Positions 50,209-59,711 of a stretch of DNA of 64,000 bases are shown here, piece after piece (position 1 is the stretch's first letter; each line of letters starts with the position of its first letter). Position numbers and translations under genes: made by a program. Source of the DNA: Cyanidioschyzon merolae (Eukaryota); assembly GCA_000091205.1 (NCBI GenBank), contig AP006489.2, one strand, 5' to 3'. A model generated the notes under the pieces. It did not search any database and was not told the origin of the DNA. It saw only the letters and a list, made by a program, of their open reading frames with translations.

Positions 50209-51549
50209 TCAAGCGACCGGATGGTGTTCGCAATCATTTGCGCCATTCGATGACTCCGCATCTCGCCGGATATAGAACAGAATATAACCGCAATCGCTAG
50301 AGCATGAACCGGTAACGCTCTGGCCACTCTCTGAGATGCCAAACACTTCCTGGAGGGAGTAGTCCTCCACAACCTCTACCTGGTCGTCGTCGTAGAGCAT
50401 CCAGATGCCGCCGCTGCTCTTAGCCAGCGTAACATAATGTCCATGGCTGGGGCCTGCACCCACGTGCACCACCACAGAGAATAGCTCGTAGAGGCCATCC
50501 ACGTCCTCGGCGTCATCACTGACGTTGCAAACGCGAAGCTCCATCGGAAACGAAATGCGATAATTCAGTTTCTTGTACAAGAGCTTCATGTTCGCCTCGA
50601 GAAATTTGAAACGCTTCAGATGCAGCGCCAGAACTTGAGGCACTCTGCGAATGAGCATGCGTTTCTCGGCCTCCTGCAGCGTTCGACAGACGTTGCAATA
50701 GAACTTGTCGCCAGAACGCAACATCTCATGGGCAGAAAAGTTTCTTAAGCAGGCAGATATAGAACTATGCTGCTCAATATCAAGACTCAAGTCCAAAAAA
50801 TGCTCTTCACGCCGCGTTATCGTCTCACAGCCCAGACATCGCGTTTCGTTGACGAGCTCGCCTTGGAAAATGCGCTCGACGAACGTTGTAAACTGCTCCT
50901 CTGAGCTCACGCCGCCTTGGCTAGGCTCAGACGCCAACAGGTGCATTCGGTGCTCCTCCTTCAAAAGTTCAGAGCACTGATTCAAAAGAAAATTCAAGAA
51001 TTCATGAGAGTCGTGGTGCATGTAGCCTGCGAAGAGGTCACTCGTTTGTCGCACTCGGGCGATGAAGTTCCGCGGTTCAACCAGACCGGTGTACGTGGCG
51101 GTCTGTGGAGCCAGTACTGTGCCGTCAAGCACGCCTGTGTTCGGAGAATGTCGAGCAAGTGCCGCCACAGACACGCTTACAACGGGACCGTTCGAGTTCT
51201 TTCCCTTGAGGCCGTGGAGCTCTGCAAAGAGATCCGCCAGTGCTGTTAGCACGTTCTCCCGATACCCGGCTTGGTTATTGCGGTAGGGATAGTTGTCGGG
51301 GATCAGGTCGCCCAGCGCCACACCAGACTTGGTTCGACGTCCGCGTTCGCGTCGACGCTGCAGCTCGGCGAAGAAAGTCAAAACTTCCCGACGAAACGGT
51401 TCGCAGAAGTAAAGCGCTTGGATGATCGAGTTCGCGTAGCAAGTGTTACCGTAGTTTACCAGGCCGCAGTACCGTTCTCTTCGAGAGCTGGGGAGTGATC
51501 GAGCGTGGTTCTCGAGACGAGAACGCATTGTAACAGCCCCGTTGGCCAT
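50209..51549 (-). CDS. ubiquitin carboxyl-terminal hydrolase, USP12/USP46 (Ubp9)-type
   Basis: Cys box YCGLVNYGNTCYANSIIQALYFCEPFRREVL and His box ..GPSHGHYVTLAKS..MLYDDDQVE. The first ATG (MANGAVTMRS) is at 51549; the track start at 51612 is non-ATG. Confidence 0.85.
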   Translation of the reverse strand: MANGAVTMRSRLENHARSLPSSRRERYCGLVNYGNTCYANSIIQALYFCEPFRREVLTFFAELQRRRERGRRTKSGVALGDLIPDNYPYRNNQAGYRENVLTALADLFAELHGLKGKNSNGPVVSVSVAALARHSPNTGVLDGTVLAPQTATYTGLVEPRNFIARVRQTSDLFAGYMHHDSHEFLNFLLNQCSELLKEEHRMHLLASEPSQGGVSSEEQFTTFVERIFQGELVNETRCLGCETITRREEHFLDLSLDIEQHSSISACLRNFSAHEMLRSGDKFYCNVCRTLQEAEKRMLIRRVPQVLALHLKRFKFLEANMKLLYKKLNYRISFPMELRVCNVSDDAEDVDGLYELFSVVVHVGAGPSHGHYVTLAKSSGGIWMLYDDDQVEVVEDYSLQEVFGISESGQSVTGSCSSDCGYILFYIRRDAESSNGANDCEHHPVA

Positions 51550-51800
51550 GGCTCGGTCGCTACGACTCGCTACGAGCCAAGCCAGATGCACAAGCTGACT
51601 CTCTGCACACACGGAAACCTGCGAGCCTTAGAGAAAAACGCCTAGAAGCTAACCGCTTCTCGCGCGAAGCCAAGTCCAACTTGCCGTGAACAAACCTACC
51701 TTTCCCGATCTCCAAGGGTAGACGCGTCTCAGGAAGTTGCTTTCAGACCGTTCAGCGTTGGCAGAAGCATACCTGGTGTCCAAGAGCAGGCTGTAGCAGG

Positions 51801-52385
51801 ACGTACCAGATCGATCGATGAATCGCTGCGCGGGAGGCGTCTGACCTGCAAGATCAATCGAAAAGCAACTTGTTCTGGATATTTATGTATAAATAGGATT
51901 TTACTGGATGATCCTGACGTACCAGATCGATCGATGAATCGCTGCGCGGGAGGCGTCTGACCTGCAAGATCAATAGGCAAGCAACTTGTTCTGGATATTT
52001 ATGTATAAATAGGATTTTACTGGATGATCCTGACGTTACGATCGATCGATGAATCGCTGTGCGGGAGGCGTCTGACCTGCAAGATCAATAGGAAAGCAAC
52101 TTGTTCTGGATATTTATGTATAAATAGGATTTTACTGGATGATCCTGACGTTACGATCGATCGATGAATCGCTGTGCGGGAGGCGTCTGACCTGCAAGAT
52201 CAATCGAAAAGCAACTTGTTCTGGATATTTATGTATAAATAGGATTTTACTGGATGATCCTGACGTTACGATCGATCGATGAATCGCTGTGCGGGAGGCG
52301 TCTGACCTGCAAGATCAATAGGCAAGCAACTTGTTCTGGATATTTATGTATAAATAGGATTTTACTGGATGATCCTGACGTTACG
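51801..52385. repeat. Minisatellite: 5 tandem copies of a ~116-bp unit, each containing TATAAATAGG
   Basis: The unit acgt(a/t)ac(c)agatcgatcgatgaatcgctg(c/t)gcgggaggcgtctgacctgcaagatcaat(c/a)g(a/g)aaagcaacttgttctggatatttatgtataaataggattttactggatgatcctg starts at 51801, 51917, 52033, 52148 and 52263. The array ends with a truncated sixth start at ~52378. Confidence 0.9.
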
Positions 52386-53142
52386 GAAGCATCCGAGAAC
52401 GCACGTCATTTTGCGGCTGTATATCCGGACGTGTTTCTTCAAACATCCTGCGAGGGTGCGAGCGTTGCTAGTCGTCATCGTGAAACCCACGTCAGTCCCG
52501 ATGCAGATGCTCCATCCGTTCAAGGTTTCCTCTTCAAAGTTATCCAGAGGAAAAGAGACTTTATCCAGCGAGTCCAGATCTGGATATCCACTCGATACCG
52601 CTGGACGCGCCGCCGTTCTTGTCGCGTGCAGGCAGAACGGCTCTGCGATACCCATTCATAAACTTGCTTCAAGAGCTGGATGCCGAAGCGTGCGCGTGAA
52701 CAAGGTCGCACCGTATGCAACGCTGGGGAAACTGCGACTTGAGTTCGCACCAATTGTTCCAATTGTCCTTCGCATGCGCAATTCGTTGTGCCGGACTCCT
52801 TTTTACACAAGTGCATGACGACGGGCGTTACCGTGCCTCAGCTTGTTTCCCTATCCAGCCAGTCTAGTTCAGCCGCGCTCTCCACTTGGTTCAACCTGGA
52901 AACTGCATTGCAATGGCAACGTAAAGCTTCGAAGCACTAACCAACACCCTGCATACTCAAGGCATGTATCGGCGAACGCACCGAACCTGCTTCTTAGCAA
53001 GCAACCTAGCCGCTCAAAGTCGACGGCAAGCGGTGCGCTGGCTGCACACGGGCCAGTCGGCGCTAGACTGGTGTCCGCGGACGCGCTCGTTTATCGCAAA
53101 CGAGAGTCGCGCTGACGCTTGCTGGCTTCGACCTGGTTCTCG

Positions 53143-54339
53143 ATGACAGAGAAACCAACAGGAACACCCTCTAGTGATGGATCTGTGGTGACACCCTGGC
53201 AAGTCACCGGTGCAGTCGACTACGACAGGCTCATCGCCACGTTCGGCACAACACCACTGACCAGCACACTCGTGGAGCGCGTGGAGCGACTCACTGGCAA
53301 GAAAGCCCACCACTTCCTCCGCAGAGGGATCTTCTTCTCCCATCGAGACCTGGATCAGCTTTTAGACGCATACGAAAACGGTCAGCGTTTCTACCTCTAC
53401 ACCGGTCGCGGTCCCTCGTCGGAGGCGCTCCACCTTGGACATTTGATCCCCTTCATCTTCACTAAGTATCTACAGGACGCGTTTCGAGTCCCGCTGGTCA
53501 TCCAGCTCACTGACGACGAAAAGTTCCTTTTTTCCAAACATGACGTAAGCTCACACCCGCTTGAAAGCTATATCCAACTCGGCCGTGAGAACTCCAAGGA
53601 TATCATAGCATGTGGTTTCGATCGCGAACGAACGTTTCTTTTCGCTGATTCCGACTATATCGGCTGGCTATACCCGAATGTAGTTCGTATTCAACGAGCA
53701 GTAAGCTTCAGCCAGGTGCGTGGCATTTTCGGTTTTCAACACTCGGATAACATTGGCAAAATCGCGTTTCCAGCAGTGCAGGCTGCCCCAGCGTTTAGCT
53801 CGTCGTTTCCGCACCTATTTCCCACGAAGCAGCAGATCCCATGCCTGATTCCATGCGCGGTAGACCAGGATCCTTACTTCCGGATGACGCGTGATGTGGC
53901 TCCACGACTTGGTTATCGGAAACCTGCGTTGATTCACAGCAAGTTCTTCCCGCCGCTCCAAGGGGCCGAAGGCAAAATGAGCGCCAGCGATCCGAATTCG
54001 GCGATCTTTCTCAGCGACTCTGCCGCCCAGATAAGAAAGAAAGTGAATAAATACGCATTCAGTGGCGGGCGCGACACCGTCGAGGAGCATCGGCTCTACG
54101 GAGGGGATTGTGCGCGTGACATTGCATTCCAGTATCTGTGTTTCTTCCTGGAGGATGATGACCGACTTGAAGATATTCGCGAGGCCTACTCTACCGGACG
54201 CATGCTTAGTGGAGAGATCAAAGCGGAGCTCGTGCGTTGTCTACAACCCATGCTTGCAGACTTGCAGGCAAGGCGGCAAGCGGTATCCAATGCGGATGTG
54301 GAAGAGTTTATGCGTATTCGACCGTTGATCGTTGAATAG
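53143..54339 (+). CDS. WARS: tryptophanyl-tRNA synthetase (eukaryotic/archaeal-type class I)
   Basis: HIGH-type motif ..[23 protein letters not shown].. and KMSAS motif ..[17 protein letters not shown].., with overall similarity to cytosolic TrpRS. ATG at 53143 (MTEKPTG). Confidence 0.9.
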   Translation: MTEKPTGTPSSDGSVVTPWQVTGAVDYDRLIATFGTTPLTSTLVERVERLTGKKAHHFLRRGIFFSHRDLDQLLDAYENGQRFYLYTGRGPSSEALHLGHLIPFIFTKYLQDAFRVPLVIQLTDDEKFLFSKHDVSSHPLESYIQLGRENSKDIIACGFDRERTFLFADSDYIGWLYPNVVRIQRAVSFSQVRGIFGFQHSDNIGKIAFPAVQAAPAFSSSFPHLFPTKQQIPCLIPCAVDQDPYFRMTRDVAPRLGYRKPALIHSKFFPPLQGAEGKMSASDPNSAIFLSDSAAQIRKKVNKYAFSGGRDTVEEHRLYGGDCARDIAFQYLCFFLEDDDRLEDIREAYSTGRMLSGEIKAELVRCLQPMLADLQARRQAVSNADVEEFMRIRPLIVE

Positions 54340-55413
54340 TGCGAGGCAGTGCATCGGTTGTTGCTCACAAGCGTTTCCAATGGATTGCGTTCGTGGCCTA
54401 ATTCAGACAGCCAAGAATATCTCCTGTCTATGGTATTGCATGGGCGCTTGCTCACAGGGGTCTCCAGAGCATCAAAGATTCGTTTCTCATGCGCACAACG
54501 CGCTATCCGAGTTGCCTATGCGGAAATGCACCCCAAACTTCGCTGGAGATCAGCACTAGACATCATCTACCCGTCCAGAAAACGAGCGATGCTTCCCTCC
54601 AGCAGGGAGACCACGGAAGCGCGCCAGCATCATGCCATGGAACGCGTCAAGCACAAGGATTCGACATGCCAGCATGAGTGCTGCCTGTAGAGAGATACTC
54701 TAGAGCGCGCACCCGAAACTTGTGCAGCTGCTTAGCAGTGGACATGTAGGGCACGTGTGCTTGTGTTATTGTTGACGGCGCTTGCTTCTGGTGTCTGCGC
54801 TCGTCCCAGCGGTTGCCGTGAACGCGTTTACCTTCTATATAGTGCGGACGCACAGCATACCGTTTCTGAGCAGGACTCCACTCGCCCATGAACACCGCAC
54901 CGTCGACCAGGAGCGTCGTACGGATGCTTCCGTTGCCAGGGTGACGCGATCGCTACGAGGCTTCGATGCATCGCAGCCGTGCCGAGTCGTTTCCAGCACA
55001 CTTTACCGTTACTTGGAGATAAGGCGAATCGAAACGAGGCCCTGTTGCAGCGTTTCCCAGCGCTGACCTGCTCGAGCGCCGCCCAGCACAGTGCCTCTCT
55101 GGGACGACCGTCATCTACGCTACCGCTCGGGTACCTAGCACGGAAGCGTGCGCAACCCTTCGGCTTGCCCCCAATATACTAGAAATAGAAACCGCTATAC
55201 AACGCCTGCCCTGAAACAGCGGTCAAAAACACCGTACAACATTGTAGGCAGGGCCTCGAACCGGATCTCCCAGTGAGCGACTTGCCTGGAGCGTCTCGAG
55301 CACTGCGTCCTGAACCCAACACGCTTCGGTTGCGCATGAAAGCAGAAATCCCCGCAGCGAGTCTGCTTGTTGACCGATTCTCATATATGCGCTCCAAGTA
55401 CCGTCAGTATCCA

Positions 55414-58400
55414 TCAGTGGCGGCACTGCGACTGAGCGAAGAAGCGTCGCAACCATTGTTCATTGGGAACCACGACGCAGCAGCGAAGGTAGAGCTTTTG
55501 GGTTTCCACGAGCTCGGCAAAGGCCAACAGGGGCGGCGTCACATTCCTCAGGCAACTCGATGGATGTATCGAGGCAAGCGAGGCATCGGGTGCTGGGTTC
55601 TTCGACATCCGGCGCCCGACTCCGCGCCAAGGTCGCGCGAACGGAGAAAGCACCAGGTAGAAGGGCTGGCCACGAAACCACGTCAAACGTGCTATGTTCG
55701 TATAAAATCCACTCAAGAAGGCTAGAGTGATACGCTGCTCTAGAGGCAGTGTAATCGGGCTGGACGCACCTGCTTCAAAACCGCACTCGGACAGCCGAGG
55801 TGTTTGCTGCAGTTGCGATTTTCGTAGCGCCTCCAGGTGCAGCATGCGTTCCAGTTGGTGTCGAATGCTACGCGCTCGCCGAAGCGCCCGACACTGGACG
55901 AAATGCTGCTCGCACCATTCGGTGCTACAGGATGCAGCTGTCCACGCACTATACACCTGCAGCAAACGATGAATATCGCCAGCGGCTGCAAAGAGCTGCT
56001 CCTGTGCGCGGGAGGCAGCGAGTCGCTCCACGGGATCGCGAGGTCGAAGCCACACATCACCCCCGGTGCTGCTCTCGCCGGCTCCCACGGAAAGCATCGA
56101 TACGATCGTTAATGCCTCGTCTAGGCACCGGAGGTCGACCGCTGCGAGTAGAAAGCGACCAAGACGCGGATCCAGAGGCAGCTGTGCGAGACGTGCGCCC
56201 ACTGGAGTCAGCTGACCCGTTGCATCCTCTAGTGCAGCCAGCATCCAAAGATGCTGCATCGCAAGCACGAGCCGCGCTGCAGGAGGCGGATCCAAGAACT
56301 CCACCACTGGACGCCCGTTTCGGCGTTCGAGCAGCTCAGTAGCGCGCTCGATCACACCCAGCTGCAGCAAGTTCAGGATCAACTGCGACAAGTCCGTTCG
56401 GGAAATCTCCGGAATCGGTTGCGGCAAGAGCTCCTGCTCCCAAGAACCTCGTGAATAGAGGCGGAAACAGTGCCCAGGAGCAGTGCGGCCCGCTCGACCT
56501 GCGCGCTGTCTAGCCGATGCCTGTGAGATTGGACTCAGAATCAGCCGTTCTACACCCGCTAGTCCGTTCGGGAGGAAAACTTTCTGTTTCGCTAGACCCG
56601 AATCGATCACATAACGAACACCATCGATTGTTAGCGAGGTCTCCGCAACATTCGTCGCAAAGATGCATTTGCGGGTGCCGGGCGCTGAACGCGCAAGCGC
56701 TTGCTGTTGCTGTGCGAGCGACATGTTCGCGTACAACGGGAGCACCACGAGACGACGCTTCGGAGAGGTGCTCACATCGAGCGCACGCTCAGCGGCTTCC
56801 GCACGTTCCCGAGTGATCCCAACAGCTGCCTCGACATCGTCCTGTCCGGGAAGAAAGGCCAGAATATCCCCATCGGCTTCCCGGAAGTGAATATCTAGGG
56901 CTAGCGTCACAGCAGCAGCGAGATAATCGGTGGCAAAGCGTCCACCGCCGCTGGTCCGCTGTTTCGGCATTCGCCAGCGAGGGAGTGGTACCCAATGTAT
57001 CTCTACGGGATACGCTTTGCCGGGAATCTCCAAAACTGGAGCATTGGCGAAAAAAGAGGTGAAATGGCCGGCATCAAGTGTGGCACTTGCAATCAACAGA
57101 CGCTGCTGGACCGTCTCGTGGGCGGCCTTCGCGTTGGAGTCATACAGACGGCGCTTCAGGACTGTGAGCAGCAGGTCGGTATGGAGGGAGCGCTCGTGCG
57201 CCTCGTCAACGATGAGAACGTTGTATGCAGACAGCGTTGGATCCATAGCCGCTTCCCGCAGCAGCACCCCATCCGTCATGTATTTGATTTCCGTTTCTGG
57301 GCCAGTGCGGTCATCGAAGCGGATGGTGTACCCGACTAGACCGCCCAGGGATGTTTGCATCTCTGCGGCAACGCGACTTGCAAGCCGAGTTGCCGCAAGG
57401 CGACGCGGCTGTGTGCATCCTATCCACCTGCCAACAACACGTCCACCGGGTTCTTCGAGCTGGGTGCTCGCTTCACCGCCATCAAAGCGATGACGATGAC
57501 GACGACGAGTCCAACCTGCCTTCCAGAGAAACTGCGGGATTTGTGTGGACTTGCCTGATCCAGTTTCACCTACAACAAGCACAACAGGGAAGCGCTCAAC
57601 GAGGTCAAGAAGCACTGCTTCGCACTGGGCGATAGGCAGTGCGGTACTGCCTGCCCCGGGAACCCAAGCAGTGCCTCCATGAGTCTCGTGCACGATGCCA
57701 CGTGAAACTGCATTTCTAGTCATGGTGCTTTCTGGATCCTGATCAAGAAGACCGTAAACCTCAGCACGCGTCATTTCAGATACTCTGTTTTCGCATGTAG
57801 CCGCTGATGCTGCTGCAGGCTCTGAGCTTCGGTTGCGTTCCGCTTCTGCGCACATGGAGGCGTTTGGAGGACACGGCACGATGCTATTACCTGCGCATGG
57901 TAGACGGCATGCGTTCGGCACCGAGGGTATTTGGATTTGCCCCAAAGCGCGTGGCTCGTAGACATCGCCTGCGTTGTCTGTGCTCTTGTCCATGCGATGA
58001 CTCGAGATGTGCAGTCTGTCGCCAGGTTCACTGTCGGCAATAGAAGGCACTGAAGTGCAGCGAATAGGCACGATATTCGGGGGAAAGGCTATCCGATCAT
58101 GACTCGAATCCCTTGACCGGGACGCGATTCTTTTTGTTGCGTCTACGTTCTCTAATCCAATACCTGTTGCCACTTTTCCGAGTATTCTTTGCGCCGCCGC
58201 ATCTGCTACTGCTGGTGCTGGATTAGTAGCCGGTGATTGCCGTTTCTTCCCACTTTGCAACGTTGTTTTGTCATCTGGAGAGGCCGTCTCGTCACCACCG
58301 ACGGATTTCTGTCCACTACAAGCCGCGGAACGTGTTGATGCAGTGTTCTCGTCAGGTGCAGCAGTACTCGTAAGCGCACAAGTCCTTGTTGTTGAACGAA

Positions 58401-59292
58401 TTCCTGCACCGAAGCCAGCACTACCGTGCTCCACATACCGTTCGATGCCCTCAGTAAGCGACAAAGAGTCCGAGGAAACCAAGTCTTTGCCGTGCTGAAG
58501 CCACCACAGCAGCAAGCCGCTGCCGTTTCTTGATGCACGGCAAAGTTCACCAGGTGTGCGCCACAGCTTTGGAACAGCCGCTTCCCAGAGACGAGGTCGA
58601 GACGACGAATCGCCAGAAAACTTGGTCACAAGGTGCTCTAAAGAGCGGCTCGTGGATTCACGTAACCCCAGCGTGTCCAAAAAAGGAGCCCAGCGGAAAG
58701 CAGCAGACACAGACCAGCGCCCAGTGGTATCCTGTGCGGCTTCATAGAGCTCGACACATGAACGCTCTGCTTCATCAGGGATCTCTCTATGGCAACCGCT
58801 GATCGACGATACTGTTTGCGGGTATCCAGCAGCCGCAGCTGCAGCTGCCAGTGTAGATGCCGCGCTGGCATCCAGTTGGTTCAGCGCGCCAAGCGTAAAT
58901 CCAGTCCAGTCGACGCCACTGCAACTGCATGGACCTGCTTTCACGCTTTTCGGTTGACTCGGAACTATTTGCCATCGAGATTTGCGTTGACGCTTTCCAG
59001 TTTGTCCGGTGTCCGCGCCCAATGCGTCAGCTTTCGCCTCGGTGCACTGGACACGCACTTCTCCCGCCTCTCGTTGTGCAGCAACCCAGAGTCGCCAGCC
59101 GAGTGCTTCATCGAGCGTACCCGCAAGTTTGTCTCCAAACGTTCCCGAAATACGCTCCAGAAACACATTCACGCTGCCGCTTTCCAGTGCCGCCTCACGA
59201 AGTACATCGATGAGGTGCGGGTTACCGAGTCCCAGCAGGCAACGTGCCGTGCAGTTAAAGTCAACGCACGGCGACTCCGCTACCCCTACCAT
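55414..59292 (-). CDS. DEAH-box RNA helicase (DHX family) with a long low-complexity N-terminal extension
   Basis: Walker A VVLVVGETGSGKSTQIPQFL; DEAH box VLIVDEAHERSLHTD; SAT LIASATLDA; motif V/VI TNVAETSLTIDGVRYVIDSG and QRAGRAGRTAPGHCFRLYS; an HA2-like region follows. The track start at 59361 is TTG and the first ATG is at 59292. The true start is uncertain. Confidence 0.8.
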   Translation of the reverse strand: MVGVAESPCVDFNCTARCLLGLGNPHLIDVLREAALESGSVNVFLERISGTFGDKLAGTLDEALGWRLWVAAQREAGEVRVQCTEAKADALGADTGQTGKRQRKSRWQIVPSQPKSVKAGPCSCSGVDWTGFTLGALNQLDASAASTLAAAAAAAGYPQTVSSISGCHREIPDEAERSCVELYEAAQDTTGRWSVSAAFRWAPFLDTLGLRESTSRSLEHLVTKFSGDSSSRPRLWEAAVPKLWRTPGELCRASRNGSGLLLWWLQHGKDLVSSDSLSLTEGIERYVEHGSAGFGAGIRSTTRTCALTSTAAPDENTASTRSAACSGQKSVGGDETASPDDKTTLQSGKKRQSPATNPAPAVADAAAQRILGKVATGIGLENVDATKRIASRSRDSSHDRIAFPPNIVPIRCTSVPSIADSEPGDRLHISSHRMDKSTDNAGDVYEPRALGQIQIPSVPNACRLPCAGNSIVPCPPNASMCAEAERNRSSEPAAASAATCENRVSEMTRAEVYGLLDQDPESTMTRNAVSRGIVHETHGGTAWVPGAGSTALPIAQCEAVLLDLVERFPVVLVVGETGSGKSTQIPQFLWKAGWTRRRHRHRFDGGEASTQLEEPGGRVVGRWIGCTQPRRLAATRLASRVAAEMQTSLGGLVGYTIRFDDRTGPETEIKYMTDGVLLREAAMDPTLSAYNVLIVDEAHERSLHTDLLLTVLKRRLYDSNAKAAHETVQQRLLIASATLDAGHFTSFFANAPVLEIPGKAYPVEIHWVPLPRWRMPKQRTSGGGRFATDYLAAAVTLALDIHFREADGDILAFLPGQDDVEAAVGITRERAEAAERALDVSTSPKRRLVVLPLYANMSLAQQQQALARSAPGTRKCIFATNVAETSLTIDGVRYVIDSGLAKQKVFLPNGLAGVERLILSPISQASARQRAGRAGRTAPGHCFRLYSRGSWEQELLPQPIPEISRTDLSQLILNLLQLGVIERATELLERRNGRPVVEFLDPPPAARLVLAMQHLWMLAALEDATGQLTPVGARLAQLPLDPRLGRFLLAAVDLRCLDEALTIVSMLSVGAGESSTGGDVWLRPRDPVERLAASRAQEQLFAAAGDIHRLLQVYSAWTAASCSTEWCEQHFVQCRALRRARSIRHQLERMLHLEALRKSQLQQTPRLSECGFEAGASSPITLPLEQRITLAFLSGFYTNIARLTWFRGQPFYLVLSPFARPWRGVGRRMSKNPAPDASLASIHPSSCLRNVTPPLLAFAELVETQKLYLRCCVVVPNEQWLRRFFAQSQCRH

Positions 59293-59711
59293 ACCAAGTG
59301 CCGGAGTACAACCAGCCTCCGTCTCTGAAACGACGACGCCAAAAGCCCACACCAGCTTCAATTTGCTGGATCAGCGAACAACGAAACCTCTGTCATCCAA
59401 GTGCTTGGACGTCGAGGAAGCGAAACGGGTTGCTCGCACACCCTGGCTCGAAGGAACCTAGAGTATACACTTGAACGGACGCTTCGCGGCGAAGCTGATG
59501 CATTCACAGCGAGGCTTGTTGTGTACTGACGGCTGGGCAGCGACTGGTTCACGATTGTTCTTTCAGCGGCAAGAAGACCCAGCTTGTGGCTTGTCGGTTA
59601 CAAAAGAGAGCACATGTGTCCATAGACGCCTTGCATACGTGAGAATCACTTTTCTTTATAGGGCTTCGAGGCGAGCAGGGTAGCGATCGCGGGTACACAG
59701 CAACGGGCGCC

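Noticed and set aside
51801-52385. CRISPR array
   Set aside because: The repeats are 116 bp long and directly contiguous, with no unique spacers. The genomic context is eukaryotic, so this is a minisatellite.
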